DNA from: Chrysomallon squamiferum
Lineage: Eukaryota > Animalia > Mollusca
DNA length: 64,000 bases
Direction: 5' to 3'
NCBI GenBank assembly: GCA_012295275.1
Contig: CM022674.1
Location: 9,610,001 to 9,674,000, forward strand
A program made the position numbers and the translations under genes. Positions 55,001 to 64,000 of the stretch are shown piece by piece. The notes below the pieces were generated by a model, which worked only from the letters and a program-made list of their open reading frames with translations, had not been told where the DNA came from and ran no database searches. The first letter of the stretch is position 1. Every line of letters starts with the position of its first letter.

Positions 55001-55549
55001 CTATGACTATGTAAACACAGATGAAACATAAAATAAACATTTTATTCGATAAATCAACCAAATTTATTACGTTCTTTCTCTGACCTGGATGCGGTGGCCC
55101 CTTCGCCTCCCCCCTCAGCACGCCACTGCACACACTGGAAAATAATTTCATTCGGTTAATTGTTAGGTGGCCTAACATCCCCTGTGGACCAACTTGCCCC
55201 GGTTTCAAATTATGATGTTTGTTGAAAGATTTTAGTTTTGGATGCCTTTACTGAGCACAGAACAAAATATATCTGTTCAATTTGTGTGCAATAAGTGACC
55301 TTTAAGCAATAAATATATGTCTTGATTACATTTTATTTGCGAACTGTTGTCAGAGACGTTAGAATTGTCTCAAGTCTGAGATTATTAGCAGAAAGAAGTG
55401 CAGGCTATTTACAGAGCAAAAGCCAAACAAACACGTATATAAATAACAAACGCCGAATTATCAACTGACTACTGTTGTGGCAATTGATTACTGACAGTTT
55501 TCTTCTCACATTGTAAGTTTTTATGACTAATACGTTTTTGTAATGTCAA

Positions 55550-55585
<36 letters not shown>

Positions 55586-57220
55586 TAAATAGATGCGCGC
55601 ATATGAAATGAATTAAACAAACGTAGTTATATCAGAAAGTCATGTCTTCTTTTCGTGGCTTTTACAGAAGAAATAATTAATTTCACAAATGTGATACATT
55701 TATTGGAATTAGCAAGGTTTCCATACGCTTTTGCGTTTAATCATTTGATATGTTCACTGAAATCCAAAACGTCGCCTGTGATATGAGAACAACAAAACAC
55801 CTGTGGACACAGTTTTCTCTCAGACAGAAAGAACGAGAAAGACAGTAAGAGTGATTAATAGCAAAATATGCGGAGAAAAAAGAGAGACTTGAGAGGACAT
55901 GAATTATAGTTATAAATAAGTTAAACGTTGTATAGCTGAGAAATGTTAATGCAGCATAAAATTCAGTGACAAAAACAAAGTGCTTTTATAGTTTGTAAGA
56001 AAATCATAAATGTTATTTAAAATTGTGTACTTAGATTAGATTTAGCGTTCTACAGAGAACGAAGTGACATTTGTAGGTTAACAAACACATCACATCTTAA
56101 AGACGATGTTAATATTATAGTGTCATAATGAATAATTTTGTTTCACTTATTCCAAAAAAAAGAAAAAAAAAAGAAGGAAAAATGTTTAACCTGGATTTAT
56201 GGCTGTATAAACACAGAATTTATATCCTTTATTTAAGACAACAGTTTAGTATTGTTTTAGTAAAGTAAATGTGTAATGGTAATCTTAACAATCAGAAAAC
56301 TATAACGTGTGTGTGTGTATGTATATGTGTATGTGTGTGTGTATGTATATGTGTGTGTGTGTGTGTGTGTGAGCGCGCCATAAAGCATATTAGACTCAAT
56401 TGTTTCGCTTTGTTACTGGTAACTAAGAAAAATAATGAGTTATATATGTACTCTACAGAAAATTATTCAAATTTAGTGATAATTAATTACAACTTATACT
56501 AATTTCCATTAATTATTGTTTTAATTGAAATTTGATACATACGGATTTTATTAAATTTCTACATAAACGCACGTATTACACATACAAGATATGTATTTAA
56601 AAAAACTGTTTTCTATATTTTCTAATATTGATAAGAAAACGAGAATAGAAATTATTGAATACACTGCCCTCTGGTGTCAATAATATTCTTGTTGACCAGT
56701 AAATTCTATGCTCCGGTCTCTTCTTAATCATGTTCACGCGATGCGAGCCACTGGTGAACGAACTGATGAACACAGTAAACAAGCTGTGATGGTTGCGTGT
56801 CTGGTAGCAGTCATTAATTAGCACGCGTAACGTTCAGACTAAAGAGTATGTTTTTATGTTAAGTCAGTGTGATGCGATTTCAAATCATTACTTAAAATAT
56901 ATTCTACAAACGCAACACACAGACATACATACACACAAACATACACATACATTCATACACACAAACACATACATACATTCGTCCACACAAACACACACAG
57001 ACACAGAGAGAAAGAGAGTGCTGAGTTTGAACTGTTGTTCAGATTTACAGTAAGAAAATTGTTCAAATTATCGCACGATTTATAATGATGCTCTCTCTCT
57101 GTATGCAGTGTACGTGTGTGCTTGTTACTGGTAATTATTTTATCGCATAAAGAAATGTGGATAAATTACAACTGTGGTTAACACATCAGTAATTTAAATT
57201 ATAATCGATAACATATAATG

Positions 57221-57251
<31 letters not shown>

Positions 57252-57401
57252 ACAATAAAAAGTAAAACAAATAAAAATAAACACAACAATAATGATGATT
57301 AATTAATTTGGCCATCTACACTGGAACAGTTACAAAAATCATTAATTTACTTTAACATAAAATACTGAAATCTTATGATAGCACTGAAATGTAATAATTT
57401 A

Positions 57402-57432
<31 letters not shown>

Positions 57433-60400
57433 TTTTTTTTTTTTTTTTTACCTATATATTTTAACGGTGATTATAAAAATATGTAAGAATATTTTTCAGA
57501 TTATATAATCTCCGACTGCAAAAAATTAATTTTGACCTTCACAGAGAACGTAATGGCTGACTTGGCCAAGCCTGATCAGAAGTTAAAAGACATAGAACTA
57601 ATTATGATCTAGAACTCAACCAGAAATATTGATCACGAGAATTAGTAAAAATCAGTAATAGGAAAAAGAAAAGAAAAACGAAAAAAGAGTAAATTTAGTA
57701 ATTTTAAATAAATCTATTATTTTCGAAATTTTTAAAAACTCTATATAGCATATATATAAGAAGATAAAATGAAATCTGTAACTTTAACGAATCATCATTT
57801 AAAGAATTTAATTTTTTATTTTTTATCTTAGCTTATCTGTTATACGTAGCCGAGATCTGTGGAAACGTGTAAAAATAAATTTCTAATTTCTGCCAGAAAA
57901 ATTAAACATAGCTTGACGTAAAGGAACTGTTGTAGTTTCTATTTTAATTCAGTTTTATAGCAAATAGGACTAGGCTGTCCGTTTTATAATTAACCTTTTC
58001 TTTTTATGTTTTTCTAGCTGCTTCCTCGATTATTATTATTATTATTTTATTTTATTTTTCAAGTTAGCAGAAAATATCACTGATATATTTAGAAACTATA
58101 TTTAACTCGCTACATAGCAAGAGAAATAATTTCCTATCAGAAATGTTTGACGAAACTATCAGCAGCCAGCTAACACAGAGATGTTCCTAATGAAAAGTAG
58201 GTTCTGTGTAGTAACATGCTTTTATCTACTAATTTTGTGCATTTTCTCTTTCTCCTCTTTATAATTATAACAATATGTATCTCTAAATGCTTATTATTTT
58301 TTTTTTTTTTTGTTGTTGTTATTATTATTAAAAAATACACTGTAATTATTTAATTGGTTAAAATAATCATTCACCTGCAAATGAGCCTTTACAATAATAT
58401 CCACTTAATTGATGCTGCTCAGTGTTTCATTTCATTTCATTACAGTGAACGCTACACCGGTTAAGGCGATAGTATGGCTGGCTGTGTCAGTGTCTGTGTA
58501 AGTGTCTGTGTCAGTGTCTATGTTAGTGTCTATGTTAGTGCCTGTGTCAGTGTCTATTTCAGTGCCTCTGTCAGGGTCTGTGTCAGTGCCTTTGTCAGTG
58601 TATATATTAGTGCCTGTGTCAGTGTCTATATCAGTGTCTGTATAAGTGTCTATGTCAGTGTCTGTATCAGTGTCTATATCAGTGTCTGTGTCAGTGTCTG
58701 TTTCCGTGTCTGTATTAGTGACTGCGTCAATGTCTATATCAGTGTCTGTGTCAGTGTCTATGTCAGTGCCTGTATCAGTGTCTGTATCAGTGTCTGTATC
58801 AGTGCCTGTGTCAGGGTTTATGTCAGTGTCTGTGTCAGTGTCTGTATCATTGTCTGTATCAGTGTCTGTTTCAGTGTCTGTATCAGTGCCTGTATTAGTG
58901 TCTGTATCAGTGTCTGTGTCAGTACCTGTGTCAGTGCCTGTATCAGTGTCTGTATCAGTGTCTGTGTCAGTACCTGTGTCAGTGTCTGTGTCAGTGCCTG
59001 TGTCAGTGTCTGTGTCTATGGCAGTGCCTGTGTCAGGTCTGTGTCAGTGTTGTGTCGGTGTTGGAATTTGACAGATTTAAAAAGTTTGTTTAGCGAAAGT
59101 TGTTTATATGGTTTCATATGACTTTTAAAAAATATATCTGCACTAGCAGTAAAACAAACAAACAAACTTGTTTTAAGCTTTATTGAATTTTCAAATCTCC
59201 CCTAATCACTTTGATTAAAAGAAATTAAAATTCTGACTTGGCTAATGTTTATTATAAACATTTTCTTAAGTAGAATAAATAAATAAGAATATAAATAAAT
59301 ACAAAAGAAACGATAAAAACCCCACCAAAAACAAGAGAGAGGTAGTTTATGTATACAACGCAGGACGTCTTCGATCTGTTTACACAGGAGTCAGGGCATG
59401 TGGCGTGCAGTGGTGAAGATTTCAAAACCAAGGGAACGCGAACATTTGAAAATTCGAATTGATTTTACTTTTTTATCGACAGTTCACAATTTAATCCACT
59501 TGATAGTAATTTCATTTGTTTCTCCAGGGTACGTGCTGTCTTACGTAGTTAGCCTGAAACAATTACCTAGCAGGCATCTTGGTGCACTTTAATCTAACTC
59601 AGTGACAACAATCATTACTTGAAATCCGTTTTCTACATAGTTAGAAACTTTATGTGTTTCTGCAATTAAAAAGTTTATTTTTCTCTCCAAACCTTTTAAA
59701 AAAAATTATATTGTTTTATATCTTAATTAATATATTAAAATTAAGAAAGGAAAAAAAGAATATGTGCTCTTTTTAAAAATGGACCAGTTTGCTTATTTTG
59801 AGTTTTTATTGAACGGAAAATCGAAATGATTTGTTATGATATCCTTGGTATTTAAAGACCATTAATAACTCTGTCTTATGTTTCACATGAAATCAATGAA
59901 CGCGATAAATAAAACGTTTTACTCAACCTTTTTTCTCTGTACTTTACTAGTTATTTATTCTTATACTATAGTGTGATTAATCATTAATAATTATTAGCAG
60001 TAATAGTATGGTCATCGTCATCATCATTATCATCATCATAATTATTGTTGTTGTTATTATTATTATTATTGTTGTTTGTTGTTGTTGCTGCTGCTATTGT
60101 TGTTGTTGTTATTATTATTATTATTGTTGTTTGTTGTTGTTGCTGCTGCTATTGTTGTTGTTGTTATTATTATTATTATTATTGTTATTATTATTATTAT
60201 CGCCCATTGATGTTGCTTTCTTTCTTAATAATGTTTTTTTTTTTTCTAGGCTGTTTCTAATGCTACTTCCTTTTAAATGTATTGTGTGTATTGTATGTAA
60301 AGCAGAAAGACACGTGTGTGTACTGTATGTGTAACAGAAAGTTCAACATATGTTGTTGTTTTACCTCAATCCATTACTCTTTCACTTTCATTGTTTTCTT

Positions 60401-62362
60401 TTTGTACATTTTCTGCTATAGAGATGCGTGAAGAAAATGTGACTGACTGTATGTTATAATCAGTCGTTGTTTAAAGTAAATGAATCACACAATATCGAAT
60501 TTATGTAAGTATTTATGGACCTTTTTATATATATTGAGCCTATATTTTACATTAATTTGTAACTTTTGTGCAGTCTACATTAGCATAAGAAAGGTAAAGC
60601 ATGGAATCAAAGTGTATACGACATTTGAACAAACTTGTGAATTATACTTGATGAAGATTGAGTAGCACACATCAACTGAATTTGGAAGGATGAATACGAG
60701 ACGACCCCGAATACAGACAGAACATCAACACAGAATAGCAGTATAGTGGATATCAAGATAATGAAAAAGCGGCTTGATATATCCAGCTATTCTAGCATTT
60801 ACTGCCCAAGCTCAACGAAAGTTGGAGCTTCTAATATCAAGAGTGATGGGCAACACTTGTCAAACTGCAGCTGCTAAGAAAGAAATGAAAGGTTCTTAAA
60901 ATATTTTTCAGTGAAAGTTGATTGAAAATGTGTTTCAAGAGCTGTGTATTGGTTATGAACTAACTTACTGGCGTCTATTTGTAAATAATTCCTCCCGAAG
61001 TCTGAGATATTTTCGGCAATGGAAATCAATGTCTATCCAAATTAGCACAGTGCATACAAAGGAAAAAAACAAAAATACAAAACTGCTGAAAGCTATAGAC
61101 TACGACATGTACAAATTAGCTTTTTAAGAGGACTCAAAGAATATTATATATATATATATATAAAGGTGCATATATATATAACGTAGTTTGATAATAATCT
61201 ATGTGCTGAAAACCTGTTTCCTCTTTAATATTATACAAGAAAGATTTGTCTCTTTAAAACCATTAGAACAGAAACAAATGGTGTATTATTGAACATTCAT
61301 TTCAAGATTTCTATTTTCGCCGATAGCCTGATTTTGAATGACGAAATATTTAGCTTCGTGTCAGTGGAATCACTCAGAAGGAGAAAAAAATACCATTAAC
61401 AAATTAACTAGGTAAACAAACACACTGTTACCTCACATCTCTCTGTTAATGTGCTACGAGTGAGAAAACATGTAAGTACAACAATATATCAGTTACAGAA
61501 AACAGAATAAACCGCGCATTGACAACACGTAATAAACTATATCGTACATTTATAAAACAGTCATCAAAACATTTCCATTTTCTCTTAAATCTCTTTTACC
61601 GTCATTCTTTTTGAATTTCGTATCATTTATATTTATAATAATGATTATATATGTTATTAATTAAACAAACTTTTGTACAGCGCTAAAGGTCTGTTCAGTA
61701 GTTGGTATGGAGATCTCATTCTGTAAAATGGAACTTGGTGTAGGGAACCACAACAAAAATAACTGTCTTGAAGAATCAATGCTGTACAGCTCACGCACTG
61801 CTGAACATAATTATTTTATTGTACTCGCCTTGTTTTCATTGTTCTCTGGCGGTTATAGACAGATTTTATTTTATTTTTATTTTGTTTTTGTTTTTTTAAT
61901 TATGTTTTTTGCTTCCCTCCACTCGCAATTATTTGAAACCGTACGTTACTGCAAACAGAACCAATGTTTGTTTAATTTATCTTTCACATTTTAATTATGA
62001 TCATACCAGTTGTTTTAGTAATTATTGCTGTAAGTTCATACTGTTTGAATCTCCTTCATTCACTTACCAATCATTAGTCACAGTTTGTCAAATAAAAGAT
62101 ATAGTTTAACTAGTTACTAATATATCGTTGCTTAAGACACAGCTGGAATTTAAATTTAATTTAAATTAAATACTTTAAAACAATTTTTTAAAGTGTTCTG
62201 TGAAAGGAACTGAATTTTAAGATCAGAGGCATATTCATGTAAGTGACATATTAAAAGTTATTGATTAAAATTAAAACTAATTTTGTTTAATTAAAAACAA
62301 TAACAACAACGATGATGATGATAATGATGATGATGACGATGATGATAATAAATAATAACAAC

Positions 62363-62413
<51 letters not shown>

Positions 62414-62623
62414 CAAAAAGAATAACAACAATAATAAACAAACTTACCCAATAAAAGTAATTATTCCAACTTTTGATATATCCATTTCAACCTCCTTCCA
62501 GGAATTTCTCAACAACATTTTCTGATGTTCATTTAACGGAACTGGTTTCATATTTAATCCATTGCATCGTGCTGCTATTTTTTTCAACGGCTGATGTGAG
62601 CATGTGTCCTGAATTCCTCCCAT
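44702..62623 (-). CDS. Globin X-like / neuroglobin-like single-domain globin, 3 exons, 176 aa
   Basis: Exons 62623-62448, 46175-45950, 44830-44702, with introns at canonical globin positions B12.2 and G7.0. Sequence includes SWKEVEMDISKVGIITFIGLFEAYPEFQESF (CD1 Phe), DHALRVMGTVEK (distal His E7), LGKRH (proximal His F8) and WTDEHTEAWAALF. Closely parallels GbX (DIAKVGII.F..LFE.HP, HGLRVM..IEK, LGKSH). Confidence 0.92.
45719..45795. repeat. (ATT)n microsatellite
   Basis: Direct read of the sequence. Confidence 0.95.
50902..51169. mobile_element. hAT (Charlie-like) MITE
   Basis: TIRs cataggttttcaacct and aggttgaaaaccagcg, resembling CAGTGGTTTTCAACC. Subterminal ggggtcgcg motifs at both ends. 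TSD not convincing. Confidence 0.65.
51180..51450 (-). mobile_element. MULE transposase fragment
   Basis: Translation EFSDYY...NWIDDDAQFSLPLWNHHETNWPHTNNNL matches the F.DYF...W....LWN....PRTNN segment of animal MULE transposases. Confidence 0.75.
51627..51882. mobile_element. hAT MITE, copy A
   Basis: Ends cagtgaagtgcagagg and ctctacagccactg. 8-bp TSD gctgttat / gctgtcat. Homologous in inverted orientation to 54895-55128. Confidence 0.8.
54895..55128. mobile_element. hAT MITE, copy B (inverted relative to copy A)
   Basis: Ends tagtggcatgcagagg and cctcagcacgccactg. caactccttgattgtctgccccaaaga is close to the reverse complement of tctttggggcagacgttcaaggagttg in copy A. Confidence 0.8.
58484..59050. 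repeat. 12-bp-period minisatellite (tcagtgtctgtg / tcagtgtctgta)
   Basis: Roughly 47 degenerate 12-mers. The repeat explains the SVCV and SV ORFs in the ORF track. Confidence 0.95.
60010..60200. repeat. Compound (ATC/GTT/ATT/GCT) microsatellite with a 55-bp higher-order duplication
   Basis: gttgtttgttgttgttgctgctgctattgttg recurs at 60071 and 60126. Confidence 0.9.
62303..62408. repeat. (GAT)n/(AAT)n compound microsatellite next to the globin exon 1 donor
   Basis: Direct read of the sequence. Confidence 0.9.
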
Positions 62624-63186
62624 CACTGAGCACCAGCTTTTCCTGAATGGCTAGGTCTGACCGCTTCGCCGTCTCCCGCACTCGTTCATTGATCGTGCTG
62701 GTCAATGGCGAAACACAAACTCGCAAAATGGAAGAAACTACGTGCTTATACACATATTTTTATTCTATCACACATCAGCACGATTATCGATCATATTCTT
62801 TTGAAAAGTGAGGATCCACTGAAAACACGCTGCGGTGCAAACAAAATGTCTTTAGCGGTTTTGATGGTACTGAGATTATGTTTAATTTCTCGATGTTCTG
62901 GTACTGTCATTGAACTTTAGAAGCAATAAAATTAATATTTCGTTAACAACTTTAAAATATTATTTAAGGAGATCACAGAACTGTTTTAACAGTAAAAGTA
63001 GCCAGTAAAGTAATTATCACATACACTTTTCTATTATGTCTTTTCTTGTTCATTATCTATCATTAATAAAGCTGTGTGAACTTTTAAAACACTGGTAGCG
63101 ATTTTTTTTTTTTTTTTTTTTTTTTTCGTTTCATTATTGTTTATTTACGAATAACTGAACTTATAATAATAATAATAATAATAATA

Positions 63187-63249
<63 letters not shown>

Positions 63250-63597
63250 TTATATATTTTCTTTCTTTTTTTTTTTTTCTTTTTAATGAGTTTTGTAGTG
63301 AACTTGTTATTTGGTAATGTAAAATGAAATCACTTTGTAATAAACAGTTGTCTTTGTCTGGCTTATATATCTTTATTCTTTCTTCTTTTTTATTTTCTTC
63401 TTTTTTCAAATTTGTTTATTTATTACTTTATTTTTATTTATTTATGGGGTTTTGGGGTTGTTGTTTTTTGTTACTATTGGCAAGGAATGAATGTGATTGT
63501 GATCACTGTTTAAAATACTGTAAACCCAACCTTTCATTTCCAATTTTATAATAAATGGTTATCAACAATATCTTATTTTCCAACACAACACTGCAGA

Positions 63598-63760
<163 letters not shown>

Positions 63761-64000
63761 GCGCTGTTTATGTTAATGTGTTTTTCTGAGTGTAAGTCTA
63801 TGTGTGTATGAGGGCGTGCGTGCTTCGTGTGCGTGTATATGTGAAAGACAGAGAGGAAATAAAAGATGCATGAGAAACTAATTTATTATTAAATACCAAA
63901 TTTATTTTCCTATATACAGTTCTATACAGCGTGTTTCCAAAAGAAATAAATATCATTTTACTAATATTATTAATCTTTATGACAAACATAAACATCGTGC

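Noticed and set aside
58484-59050. CRISPR-like or coding interpretation of the periodic array
   Set aside because: Contiguous 12-mers with no unique spacers, in a eukaryotic intron.

Overview
AT-rich, intron-rich animal genomic DNA (invertebrate, plausibly a mollusc or other lophotrochozoan; the taxon is inference). All gene models were spliced by hand from GT-AG sites and phase continuity. The first ~39 kb holds six genes in three head-to-head pairs: a 27-exon DUF4062-NACHT-TPR STAND ATPase (-) with CPTP (+); PEX14 (-) with a compact DFFA/ICAD (+); and CFAP107/C1orf158 (-) with a NOL7-like gene (+). The last ~24 kb holds one globin X-like gene (-) with a 16.3-kb first intron. Decayed DNA transposons are present (Tc1, FLYWCH-MULE, hAT MITEs, Tigger). 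One ~1-kb element with a 6-bp target-site duplication contains a copy of the globin intron2/exon3 junction. Most notable are the PEX14-DFFA divergent pair (the same arrangement as human 1p36, with two more 1p36 genes flanking it), the captured globin fragment, the shortened ICAD and an apparent CpG-depletion boundary near 39.8 kb. No rRNA, intact tRNA or CRISPR array was found.
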